Source: Dehalococcoidia bacterium | Lineage (GTDB): Bacteria > Chloroflexota > Dehalococcoidia > Lucifugimonadales > UBA3495 | Direction: 5' to 3' | DNA length: 64,000 nt | Assembly: GCA_963664725.1 (NCBI GenBank) | Contig: OY761558.1 | Location: 25,938-89,937 of the forward strand | Shown: piece by piece, positions 56,029 through 64,000 of the stretch | Layout: each line of letters starts with the position of its first letter | Position numbering within the stretch: the first letter of the stretch is position 1 | Notes under the pieces: model-generated | Seen by the model: only the letters and a program-made list of their open reading frames with translations | Databases searched by the model: none | What the model was told of the DNA's origin: nothing | Program-made: the position numbers and the translations under genes

Positions 56029-56667
56029 TTACTGACTGTTACCGGAAGCCCGCTTGCCGGTCCTGCGTATCATCAACAGGCCATTGGGCGCCCCTGGTAC
56101 ACCACCCTTCAGAAAGAGCAGGTTCCGCTCGGGATCCACCTGCACCACTTCCAGGTTCTTTACGGTTACGCGGCTGTTGCCCATGTGACCGGCCATCTTC
56201 AGGCCCTTGAACACCCGGCCCGGGGTAGTGCCGCCACCGATGGAACCGGGGGCCCTGGCGCGGTCGGACTGACCATGCGTCCTGGGGCCACCACCGAACC
56301 CGTGCCGTTTCATCACCCCGGCAAAGCCACGTCCCTTCGACTTGCCGATTACATCAACAAGTTCGCCGGGCTCAAAAATATCGACACTTATCTGCTGCCC
56401 CAGCTCGAACTCGCCGACATCGTCCGCTTTAACTTCGCGCAGATGCCGCACCGTCGGGCCGCCCTTCAGGTGTCCCGTTTCAGGTTTGTTCAGCTTCTTT
56501 ACCGGATCAAACCCGAGTTGAACCGCCTGGTAGCCGTCCGACCCGCTGGTCTTGATCTGCGTCACCGAACAAGGTCCGGCCTGAATCATGGTAACCGGAA
56601 CAACCCTTCCGTCTTCACGGAAAATCCTGCTCATTCCAACTTTTTTGCCCAGGTACCCGCGGAGCAT
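56029..56667 (-). CDS. rplC: 50S ribosomal protein L3
   Basis: Start trimmed to the ATG at 56665-56667 (AGGAG 7 nt upstream). [33 protein letters not shown]....DGY.AVQLGF. Confidence 0.95.
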   Translation of the reverse strand: MLRGYLGKKVGMSRIFREDGRVVPVTMIQAGPCSVTQIKTSGSDGYQAVQLGFDPVKKLNKPETGHLKGGPTVRHLREVKADDVGEFELGQQISVDIFEPGELVDVIGKSKGRGFAGVMKRHGFGGGPRTHGQSDRARAPGSIGGGTTPGRVFKGLKMAGHMGNSRVTVKNLEVVQVDPERNLLFLKGGVPGAPNGLLMIRRTGKRASGNSQ

Positions 56668-56710
56668 TGCCAACTCCTGTTGTGCTTGAAGGTCGCGGTA
56701 CAATCCGCGA

Positions 56711-57022
56711 CTACAGCTTGATGGATATATCTACGCCCGCCGGCAGGTTCAGCCGGGTGAGCGAGTCAATGGTCTTCGACGTTGGCTCAAGAATATCTAT
56801 GAGCCGCTTGTGAGTCCGGATTTCGAAGTGCTCCCGGGAGTCCTTGTCCACGTGCGGACCACGGATGACGCAGAACCGGCGGATGTGGGTAGGCAGCGGC
56901 ACCGGGCCGGCTACTCGCGCGCCCGTCCTTTCCGCCGTTTCCACTATCTGCTCCGTGGAACTGTCCAGGACCTTGTGCTCAAAGGATTTCAGGATGATCC
57001 TTACTTTCTGTCTGGTTACCAT
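56711..57022 (-). CDS. rpsJ: 30S ribosomal protein S10
   Basis: 103 aa. ..[16 protein letters not shown]...IVETA.RTGA.V.GP.PLPT.....[21 protein letters not shown]. Confidence 0.97.
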   Translation of the reverse strand: MVTRQKVRIILKSFEHKVLDSSTEQIVETAERTGARVAGPVPLPTHIRRFCVIRGPHVDKDSREHFEIRTHKRLIDILEPTSKTIDSLTRLNLPAGVDISIKL

Positions 57023-57067
57023 GCTTCGCTAAATCCTAACCTCAGAATCCGGCTTGCCTTTCTACTA

Positions 57068-59149
57068 CTATTTACCAACCAGTGTCTTCACCAGGTGATC
57101 CGGCACCTGCTCGTAATACTTGAACTCCATGGTGAAGGAAGCCCGCCCGCGGGTGATGGACCGCAGGGCCGTGGTGTAAGAAAACGTCTCGCCCAGGGGA
57201 ATCATCGCCCGAACGGTCTGGATATCCTCTTCACCCTCAATGTGGCGAATCTGGGCCCTTCTCATTCCCAGGTCGCCAAGAACTTCGCTAAGAAACTCGC
57301 TGGGACTCACAACTTCCAGTTCCACCATGGGCTCCAGAAGCACCGGTCCCCCCTTGGGCACGCCTTCCCTTATGCAAAGCATCCCGGCGCTTCGGAAGGC
57401 CATCTCGGACGAGTCCACCGTGTGATAACTGCCGTCGAACAGAGTAACCTTCAGGTCAACCAGCGGATAGCCACCCAGGGGGCCGTTATCCAGCGCCTGT
57501 TTAACTCCAGCTTCCACTGCGGAAATGTACTCCCTGGGAATAATGCCGCCGGAAATGCCGTTGACGAAGGAATTGCCCGTTCCCGGTTCCTGCGGCTCAA
57601 TGTCTACCCAGACGTGCCCGAACTGGCCATGGCCGCCCGACTGCCGAACGAACCTGCCCTCGCTGCGGACAGACCTGGTCAGCGTTTCGCGGTAGGACAC
57701 CCGGGGACTGCCCACATTGGCTTCCACGGAAAATTCCCGCCGCATCCGGTCCACCAGCACTTCCAGGTGCAGTTCACCCATACCGGAAATAATGGTCTGG
57801 GCCGTCTCGTCGTTGAACTTCACCACGAAAGTTGGGTCTTCGTCGGAAAGTTTGCGCATGGCGTCGGACAAGCGGTCCTGGTCGGCGCGGCTGGCGGGTT
57901 CAATGGCTACGGAGACTACGGGTTCGGGGAATTTGGGGGGCTCAAGAATCAGGGCACTGTCTTCCAGGCAGATGGTGTCGCCGGTGAAAGTGTTCCTCAG
58001 GCCAACGGCGGCGCAGATGTTGCCCGCCTGTATTGTTTCCAGTTCTTCCCGGTGGTTGGCATGCATTTGCAGCAAACGCCCCATCCTTTCCCGCTGGCTC
58101 TTGCTGACGTTCAATACCGAGGAACCGGCCTTGACTGTACCGGAATAAATCCGCAAGTACACCAGGCGGCCGACATAGGGGTCGGTAACCACCTTGAATG
58201 CCAGAGCCGAAAGGGGACCGCCTTCGTCCGGGTATCGCCAGTCCGTCTCTTCTGTCTTCGGATCAATACCTTCCACCGGGGGAACATCGGCGGGGGACGG
58301 CAGATAGTCCACAATCCCGTCAATAAGGGAGTGTACGCCCTTGCCGGAAATGGCGCTGCCGCAAAGAACCGGAACCAGTTGCCGCTGGATAGTAGCCTCA
58401 CGAAGGGCAGACCTCAGGTCTTCCTCCTGAAGGTCCTCCCCTTCCAGGTACTGGATAAGCAGGCTCTCATCAGTCTCCACGATCTTTTCGATCATGGCCT
58501 GCCGGTATTCCTCATAGGTCTGCTGGTATTCTTCCGGGACGGGGACCTGCTCCGGGGGAGTGATCCCTCCGCTGTTGTCTCGGCCCTTGGGATAAATGGA
58601 TGCCTGGCCGCCCAGCAAGTCTATAACGCCAATAAACTCGTCCTCTTCGCCGATGGGGACCTGCACAGGCACCGGGTTAGCCTTGAGCCGGCGCTTAATG
58701 GATTCAATTGTACGTGGGAAACTGGCGCCCACCCGGTCCATCTTGTTGACGAAACAGATGCGGGGCACCATATAAGTATCCGCCTGCCGCCAAACTGTTT
58801 CCGACTGGGACTGCACACCGGCCACGGCGTCAAGCACCACAATGCCGCCATCCAGGACCCGCAGGCTCCGCTCAACCTCGGCGGTGAAATCCACGTGCCC
58901 CGGGGTGTCAATAATATTGACCTTGTGACCGTTCCACTCGGCAGTCGTAGCCGCAGATGTGATGGTAATGCCCCTTTCACGTTCCTGGGGCATGAAGTCC
59001 ATGGCGGTGGTGCCTTCGTCCACACCGCCAACCTTGTGAATTCGGCCGGTCAAGTAAAGGACCCGTTCGGTAACGGTGGTCTTGCCCGCGTCGATATGGG
59101 CTATGAACCCGATATTTCTGATCTTTTGGATGGGATAAGCAGAAACCAT
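57068..59149 (-). CDS. fusA: elongation factor G
   Basis: 693 aa. ..IRNIGFIAHIDAGKTTVTERVLYLTG.., DFMPQERERGITI.SAATT, NIIDTPGHVDFT.EVERSLRVLDG. Confidence 0.97.
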   Translation of the reverse strand: MVSAYPIQKIRNIGFIAHIDAGKTTVTERVLYLTGRIHKVGGVDEGTTAMDFMPQERERGITITSAATTAEWNGHKVNIIDTPGHVDFTAEVERSLRVLDGGIVVLDAVAGVQSQSETVWRQADTYMVPRICFVNKMDRVGASFPRTIESIKRRLKANPVPVQVPIGEEDEFIGVIDLLGGQASIYPKGRDNSGGITPPEQVPVPEEYQQTYEEYRQAMIEKIVETDESLLIQYLEGEDLQEEDLRSALREATIQRQLVPVLCGSAISGKGVHSLIDGIVDYLPSPADVPPVEGIDPKTEETDWRYPDEGGPLSALAFKVVTDPYVGRLVYLRIYSGTVKAGSSVLNVSKSQRERMGRLLQMHANHREELETIQAGNICAAVGLRNTFTGDTICLEDSALILEPPKFPEPVVSVAIEPASRADQDRLSDAMRKLSDEDPTFVVKFNDETAQTIISGMGELHLEVLVDRMRREFSVEANVGSPRVSYRETLTRSVRSEGRFVRQSGGHGQFGHVWVDIEPQEPGTGNSFVNGISGGIIPREYISAVEAGVKQALDNGPLGGYPLVDLKVTLFDGSYHTVDSSEMAFRSAGMLCIREGVPKGGPVLLEPMVELEVVSPSEFLSEVLGDLGMRRAQIRHIEGEEDIQTVRAMIPLGETFSYTTALRSITRGRASFTMEFKYYEQVPDHLVKTLVGK

Positions 59150-59194
59150 TCAGTGGGCACCTCTATCGCCCAACAACTCTTTCGCCTGAATCAA

Positions 59195-59665
59195 TTACCT
59201 TCGATAGTGAACAAATGCCCGGTTCGCTTCGGCCATCCGGTGCAGCTCTTCCCGCCGCCGGACCGCCGAACCCTCTCCCCGCGCCGCGTCCATCAGTTCA
59301 TTGGCCAGACCGCGCCGCATGGGCATTCCTGTCCTGGAACGAGCGCCCCTGATCAACCAGCGCATAGCCAGGGCCTCGCTGCGGTTAGCCCGCAAGTCCG
59401 TGGGCACCTGATAAGTTGCCCCGCCGATACGGCGGGGTTTCACTTCTACAAGGGGTGTGGCGTTCTTCAAGGCCTGCTCAAAGATCTCCATAGGGTCCCG
59501 CCGAGACTCGTCTCGAACCAGCTCAAGCGCGCCGTAAACCACGCGCTGGGCAGTGGTCTTCTTCCCACGAGTCATTACCCGATTAATAAACCGGGCCAGG
59601 GGAACACTATTGTATTGGGAGTCCTCGGGTATTACCCGGGGTACCGCTCTTCTTCTTCTCGACAT
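59195..59665 (-). CDS. rpsG: 30S ribosomal protein S7
   Basis: Start trimmed to the ATG at 59663-59665: MSRRRRAVPRVIPEDSQYNSVPLARFINRVMTRGKKTTAQRVVY.AL.. (156 aa, canonical length). Confidence 0.95.
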   Translation of the reverse strand: MSRRRRAVPRVIPEDSQYNSVPLARFINRVMTRGKKTTAQRVVYGALELVRDESRRDPMEIFEQALKNATPLVEVKPRRIGGATYQVPTDLRANRSEALAMRWLIRGARSRTGMPMRRGLANELMDAARGEGSAVRRREELHRMAEANRAFVHYRR

Positions 59666-59839
59666 AGCCTCTGAACCCTCGATCCTTGCTTCAGCCGAAT
59701 CCTTCTTTACAAAACAAAACTTCACTCTTGGACAGGATACCAATTTCCCCCTGTCCAAAAAGTGAACTTAGAGGGCCTACCGTCTTACAGAAACCGTTCT
59801 TGAAGGGCCACTTTGTGCCCTCCAGCGGAGACAGGCGAA

Positions 59840-60250
59840 CTAGGGCTTGGTCGCCCCGTATTTGCTCCTGCCCCGGCGGCGGTTCTGCACGCCTTCGGTG
59901 TCCAGGGCGCTGCGCACCACGTGATAGCGAACACCGGGCAGGTCTTTAACCCTGCCACCGCGAACCAGCACCACGGAGTGCTCCTGCAGGTTGTGCCCTT
60001 CACCGCCAATATATGCCGTGACTTCAACGCCGTTGGTCAATCGCACCCTTGCAATCTTGCGGAGAGCAGAATTAGGCTTCTTTGGGGTCATAGTCCGGAC
60101 CTGTATGCACACACCCCGCCGCTGCGGGCAACCTTCGCCCCACTTGATGCGGTTCCGGAGCGAGTTCTGTACCCAGTGCAGGGCCGGAGCCTTGGTCCCC
60201 TTCCTAACCGGTTTTCTACCTTTCCTGACCAGTTGGTTGACTGTGGGCAT
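59840..60250 (-). CDS. rpsL: 30S ribosomal protein S12
   Basis: 136 aa. [13 protein letters not shown]......K.PAL...[59 protein letters not shown]. Confidence 0.97.
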   Translation of the reverse strand: MPTVNQLVRKGRKPVRKGTKAPALHWVQNSLRNRIKWGEGCPQRRGVCIQVRTMTPKKPNSALRKIARVRLTNGVEVTAYIGGEGHNLQEHSVVLVRGGRVKDLPGVRYHVVRSALDTEGVQNRRRGRSKYGATKP

Positions 60251-60304
60251 TCGATGGCCTTCCTCAATTCCGTATAACGGGGGTGCCTTTCAACGTAATT
60301 CGAT

Positions 60305-60333
60305 ACTCTATCAACACCTTAAACCAATGTCAA
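60305..60333 (-). promoter_or_regulatory. sigma-70-type promoter candidate for the rpsL (str) operon
   Basis: On the minus strand: TTGACA (60333-60328), 17-nt spacer, TAGAGT (60310-60305), about 50 nt upstream of the rpsL ATG. GAGGAAGG RBS follows. Confidence 0.5.
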
Positions 60334-60527
60334 TGCCCTATAGCCGGAAATCCCCCCAACGTCCCTCCGCATGCCTGCAAAAAGGACGTCCTGCCACGCT
60401 TCATCTACTTCCCTACGCGCCAGACAGAATGTGTTGCCGTAGTTCCCTTGGGTTGATCTTGCGCGGTGATATACTTGTCACCTGAATCAACATAATAATG
60501 CCATAGGCGATAGTTAGCGAGGGACGT

Positions 60528-60896
60528 ATGCCACTGTACTTTCTAATGGGCAATATCACCGAAAACGGCCAAAGGCGTCTTCGCGCCAACCCTGATTTGG
60601 TGGTCGAATCTGCCCGCGACTCCGAATGCGAAGGCGCCGAAGTCCTGACCCAATACGCCGTCCTGGGGCGATTCGACTTCGTAATGCTGGCGGAGGCCGA
60701 TGATAATGATGCCGTCGCCAGGCTCTCCCTGGAAATGAGCCATCGGGTGGGCATGCACATCGAAACCCTTCCCGCCATCGCCCTGGGCCAACTGACCGAT
60801 CCGGGTGAGGGCGACGACGATGAAGACACCGTTTACGCGGAACAGACCGATCCAGAGTGGCGTCTTCCCAATCGCGACGACTCGGATGAACCTTAG
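60528..60896 (+). CDS. GYD-domain protein with acidic C-terminal tail
   Basis: 122 aa. GAGGGA RBS. MPLYFLMGNITENGQRRL..EGAEVLTQYAVLGRFDFVMLAEADDNDAVARLSLEMS fits the GYD family layout. Confidence 0.65.
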   Translation: MPLYFLMGNITENGQRRLRANPDLVVESARDSECEGAEVLTQYAVLGRFDFVMLAEADDNDAVARLSLEMSHRVGMHIETLPAIALGQLTDPGEGDDDEDTVYAEQTDPEWRLPNRDDSDEP

Positions 60897-60996
60897 CCCG
60901 TTCATCTCCAGTCCAGGGCACAACGCATTTAATTTAGCCCTGCGCGACCAGAAACACTATTAATGTGGTAAACCAGCGGAGGTCCGGTAGGCACCG

Positions 60997-61803
60997 ATGA
61001 CAATCAACCGAAGGGCTCCCATTGCAATGACTATCGCCGGCTCCGACTCTGGCGGCGGCGCCGGAATTCAGGCCGACCTGAAGACTTTTGCCGCCCTCGG
61101 CGTTTATGGCGCATCAACTTTGACCGCCATCACCGCCCAGAACACTGTCGCCGTAACTGCGGTGCACGAATTGCCCACGGAAATCATTGCAGCCCAGATT
61201 GAAGCGGTAGTCACTGACATCGGCGTCGACGCCGTCAAGACGGGCATGCTCTCCAGTTCGGCCATCGTGGAAACCGTGGCACAGGAACTTCGCAGGCACG
61301 AAATAGTTAACCTGGTCGTGGACCCGGTGATGGTCGCCAAAAGTGGTGATCCCCTGCTCCGACAGGAGGCCGTGGATTCATTGAAGACCCGCCTGGTGCC
61401 CCTGGCCGCCCTGGTAACTCCGAACATCCCTGAAGCCGAAACCCTGACCGGGTTGAAGATCGAAACCGGCGAGGATGTGCGGGAAGCCGCCAGGCAGATT
61501 GTTGCGCTGGGCGCCAGGGCTGTTGTTGTTAAGGGGGGCCACCTCAGCGGCCCCGCTACCGACCTGCTGTTTGACGGCAGCGAGTTCACCGAGTTCACTT
61601 CAGAGAGATTCGACACCGTCAACACCCACGGCACCGGCTGCACCTTCGCCTCCGCCGCTGCCGCCGGCCTGGCCCAGGGCAAGTCAGTCCTGGACGCCGT
61701 CGCCCAGGCCAAGGCATTTGTAACCGAAGCCATCCGTAATTCCTACGCCCTGGGACATGGCCACGGCCCCGTCCATCACTTCTACCAGTTCTGGTCGGAA
61801 TGA
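60997..61803 (+). CDS. thiD: hydroxymethylpyrimidine/phosphomethylpyrimidine kinase
   Basis: 268 aa. ..MTIAGSDSGGGAGIQADLKTF.ALGVYG.S..TA.TAQNT.., ..TPN..EAE.L.G.., ..VKGGH.., ..NTHGTGCT..SA.AA.LA.G. The second Met (MTIAGSD) is an alternative start. Confidence 0.9.
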   Translation: MTINRRAPIAMTIAGSDSGGGAGIQADLKTFAALGVYGASTLTAITAQNTVAVTAVHELPTEIIAAQIEAVVTDIGVDAVKTGMLSSSAIVETVAQELRRHEIVNLVVDPVMVAKSGDPLLRQEAVDSLKTRLVPLAALVTPNIPEAETLTGLKIETGEDVREAARQIVALGARAVVVKGGHLSGPATDLLFDGSEFTEFTSERFDTVNTHGTGCTFASAAAAGLAQGKSVLDAVAQAKAFVTEAIRNSYALGHGHGPVHHFYQFWSE

Positions 61804-61915
61804 TGGTATCGTCGAGTGCCTGCACTGGAGCCCGACAACCGGGTCTCTTCTACCAAACATTCGACGTTGGCGCCAATACCGGGAGCCGGCTTGTCCCAGC
61901 CAGGCTGTTCCTGGC

Positions 61916-61943
61916 CTGACAAGTAGCTCCATTGCGTTATAAT
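61916..61943 (+). promoter_or_regulatory. sigma-70-type promoter candidate for ileS
   Basis: CTGACA (61916-61921), 16-nt spacer, TATAAT (61938-61943), about 40 nt before the ileS ATG. Confidence 0.45.
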
Positions 61944-61982
61944 ACCCTCTCAAATAAGTTCCTCCCCTGAGGTTGTTCAGAC

Positions 61983-64000
61983 ATGTTTACTCCCGTACCC
62001 AGCCGCGTCAGCATGCCGGAGCTTGATGCCCGGATTCTTCAATACTGGAAAGAAAACGACGTCTTCCGCCGCACCGAAACGGAACGGCCCGATGCCCCCC
62101 TCTTCATGCTCTACGAAGGGCCGCCCACCGCCAACGGCAGCCCCGGCATCCATCACGTCCTGGCCCGCGTGTTTAAGGACGTGATTTGCCGCTACCGCAC
62201 CATGAAGGGTTTTCGCTGCCTGCGAAAGGGCGGCTGGGACACCCACGGCCTTCCCGTGGAGCTGGAAATCGAAAAGGAACTGGGCCTCAGTTCCAAGCGA
62301 GAAATCGAGGAATACGGCATCGAGAAATTCAACCAGCGGTGTCGAGAAAGCGTCTTCCGCTACGTTAAGGAATGGGAGGCCCTTACCGACCGCATCGGCT
62401 TCTGGGTTGATATGGACGATCCATACGTCACCCTGCACAACGATTTCATCGAGACCGGTTGGTGGATTCTCAAGCAGCTTTGGGACGACGGCCTGCTCTA
62501 CGAGGGCCTCCGGGGCACGCCCCACTGCCCCCGTTGCGAGACCAGCCTCAGTTCCCACGAAGTAGCCCTCGGCTACCAGGAAAACACTCCCGACCCGTCC
62601 GTCTTCGTCAAGTTCCGCGTCACCCAGCCCGCTGAGGGCCTGGAAGTCAGCGAAGAGGCTCCCACCTACCTGCTGGCCTGGACCACCACGCCCTGGACCC
62701 TTCCCGGCAACACCGCCCTGGCAGTCGACGCCGACGCCCGATACTCAGTGGTGGAATTGGAGGCCGACGGGCAACGGGAACGCCTCATCCTTGCGTCGGA
62801 ACTCCTGGGCGCCAACATCCAGGGCGAACATACTGTGGCGGGAGAGGTGAATGGAGCCGACCTGGTAGGTTCCCGGTACGAACCCCTCTATTCCCCTCTG
62901 GAATACGGCACTGAAATCCGCAAATTTGTCCAACGCGCCGGCCCCGCCGGTTCCACCGTCACCGACCTGGTATCGACCCAGGATTTTGACCCCCGGGTCG
63001 TAGCCGGCGACTTTGTTTCCATGGAAGACGGCACCGGCATCGTCCACATCGCCCCGGCCTTCGGCGACGAAGACCTGGGCCTGGGCCGCGATATGGAACT
63101 GGCCTTCGTCCAGCCCGTAAACCTGCAGGGCCTGCTAACCGGCAACTACCCCTTTGCGGGGAAGTTCGTCAAGGAAGCCGACGAAGACATCATGCAGGAC
63201 CTGGCCGGCCGTGGTCTGCTTTACCGCCGCGACATTTACCGCCACACCTACCCCTTCTGTTGGCGCTGCGACACGCCCCTCCTCTATTACGCCAAGTCAT
63301 CCTGGTACATCCGCACCACTGCCCACAAGGACCGCCTTGTGGACGGCAACAGCGCCATCAACTGGTACCCTGACTACATCCGCGAAGGCCGTTTCGGCGA
63401 ATGGCTGCGCAACAACGTCGACTGGGCCATCTCCCGCGAACGCTACTGGGGGACCCCCATTCCCATTTGGCAGTGCCAGGACTGCGACAACCGCATCTGC
63501 GTCGGCAGCGTGGGCGAACTGAAGGAACTATGCAACGGTAGCGGCAGCGCGCTTGACGACCTGGACCTGCACCGCCCCTACGTTGATGACGTTGTCATCC
63601 CCTGCTCCCAGGAAGAATGTGGCGGAGAGATGCGGCGCATCCCCGAAGTAATGGACGCCTGGTTCGACTCGGGCGCCATGCCCTTCGCCCAGTGGCACTA
63701 CCCCTTCGACAACTCGGCCATTTCCGACGATGGCCGCTATCCCGCCGATTATATTTGCGAGGCGGTCGACCAGACCCGCGGCTGGTTCTACAGCCTTCAC
63801 GCCCTGGGCACTCTCCTTAAGGGTGAGCCGTCCTACAAGAATGTGATCTGCCTTGGCTTGATTCTGGACAGCCGCGGCCAGAAGATGAGCAAGCATGTTG
63901 GCAACGTGGTTCAGCCCGCCACGGTGCTGGACGCCCACGGCGCCGACGCCCTGCGCTGGTACCTGTTCACCGCGTCCCATCCCGGCGAACCCCGGCGCTT
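61983..64000 (+). CDS. ileS: isoleucine--tRNA ligase, N-terminal two thirds or so (runs off window end)
   Basis: Not in the ORF track because it is open at the edge. My translation from the ATG at 61983: MFTPVPSRVSMPELDARILQYWKENDVF..YEGPPTANGSPGIHHVLARVFKD (HIGH region)..GWDTHGLPVELEIEKELG..CPRCETSLSSHEVALGY..WAISRERYWGTPIPIW..GQKMSKHVGN (KMSKS). It closely resembles Thermus-type IleRS. Confidence 0.92.
   Translation, partial: MFTPVPSRVSMPELDARILQYWKENDVFRRTETERPDAPLFMLYEGPPTANGSPGIHHVLARVFKDVICRYRTMKGFRCLRKGGWDTHGLPVELEIEKELGLSSKREIEEYGIEKFNQRCRESVFRYVKEWEALTDRIGFWVDMDDPYVTLHNDFIETGWWILKQLWDDGLLYEGLRGTPHCPRCETSLSSHEVALGYQENTPDPSVFVKFRVTQPAEGLEVSEEAPTYLLAWTTTPWTLPGNTALAVDADARYSVVELEADGQRERLILASELLGANIQGEHTVAGEVNGADLVGSRYEPLYSPLEYGTEIRKFVQRAGPAGSTVTDLVSTQDFDPRVVAGDFVSMEDGTGIVHIAPAFGDEDLGLGRDMELAFVQPVNLQGLLTGNYPFAGKFVKEADEDIMQDLAGRGLLYRRDIYRHTYPFCWRCDTPLLYYAKSSWYIRTTAHKDRLVDGNSAINWYPDYIREGRFGEWLRNNVDWAISRERYWGTPIPIWQCQDCDNRICVGSVGELKELCNGSGSALDDLDLHRPYVDDVVIPCSQEECGGEMRRIPEVMDAWFDSGAMPFAQWHYPFDNSAISDDGRYPADYICEAVDQTRGWFYSLHALGTLLKGEPSYKNVICLGLILDSRGQKMSKHVGNVVQPATVLDAHGADALRWYLFTASHPGEPRR

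Noticed and set aside
56810-59674. 954-aa plus-strand ORF, the second longest in the window
   Set aside because: It lies entirely antisense to fusA and rpsG, which are unambiguous. Its translation is Gly/Arg/Pro/His-rich with no recognisable domain. This is the typical 'shadow' ORF of a GC-rich gene with GC3 bias.
60897-60996. Possible TPP riboswitch upstream of thiD
   Set aside because: The 100-nt leader lacks the conserved CTGAGA and ACCTGATCTGGATAATGCCAGCG elements and is too short.
61804-61982. Possible T-box leader upstream of ileS
   Set aside because: The candidate promoter leaves only about 35-40 nt of 5' UTR. I saw no specifier loop, T-box sequence or terminator/antiterminator pair.

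Overview
High-GC bacterial chromosomal window using the standard genetic code. I saw no rRNA, tRNA or CRISPR array. It divides into three parts.

(1) 0-12 kb: a partial aldehyde dehydrogenase gene, then about 1.2 kb with no convincing gene, a transglutaminase-family gene and a PAS-LuxR regulator. A 197-bp MITE-like insertion (12-bp terminal inverted repeats, 10-bp target duplication) follows. The last gene is a 7.5-kb, roughly 2500-aa cadherin-repeat surface protein with an N-terminal signal/anchor and a C-terminal TM plus Arg-rich tail.

(2) 12-39 kb: accessory metabolism.
- An ERG6-type sterol C-24 methyltransferase homologue, unusual for a bacterium.
- An NPP/alkaline-phosphatase family enzyme, a large putative alpha/beta-hydrolase-like protein, two luciferase-like (LLM) oxidoreductases, a nucleoside hydrolase, a dienelactone hydrolase, a VOC protein and a PIG-L deacetylase.
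- A minus-strand operon: fused EtfB-EtfA, two acyl-CoA dehydrogenases, a YHS protein and an LLM oxidoreductase. pncB lies just upstream.
- A canonical SAM-I riboswitch with an intrinsic terminator, heading a same-strand SAM-cycle/MTA-salvage cluster: mtnA, a cytoplasmic arylsulfotransferase-like beta-propeller, mtnP, rhodanese, ahcY, metK and a PGM-family gene.

(3) 39-60 kb, minus strand: an uninterrupted str/S10/spc/alpha ribosomal supercluster (rpsL-rpsG-fusA-rpsJ ... secY-adk-map-infA-rpmJ-rpsM-rpsK-rpsD-rpoA-rplQ-truA-rplM-rpsI). It has no tuf after fusA, and several proteins carry acidic or low-complexity extensions. It is followed by a GYD-domain gene, thiD and the 5' part of ileS.

The ORF track takes the most upstream ATG/GTG/TTG, so I trimmed many starts using Shine-Dalgarno spacing and family N-termini. 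The many long antisense ORFs are treated as high-GC artefacts. The gene content (multiple LLM paralogues, a Thermus-type zinc-ribbon L24, a Thermus-like IleRS) fits a Chloroflexota/Terrabacteria-like marine lineage, but that is a weak inference.

The most interesting candidates are the ASST-like propeller plus rhodanese embedded in the riboswitch-controlled mtnA/mtnP operon, which lacks canonical downstream salvage genes. The bacterial sterol methyltransferase homologue and the giant adhesin with its unclassified C-terminal sorting-signal-like tail come next.
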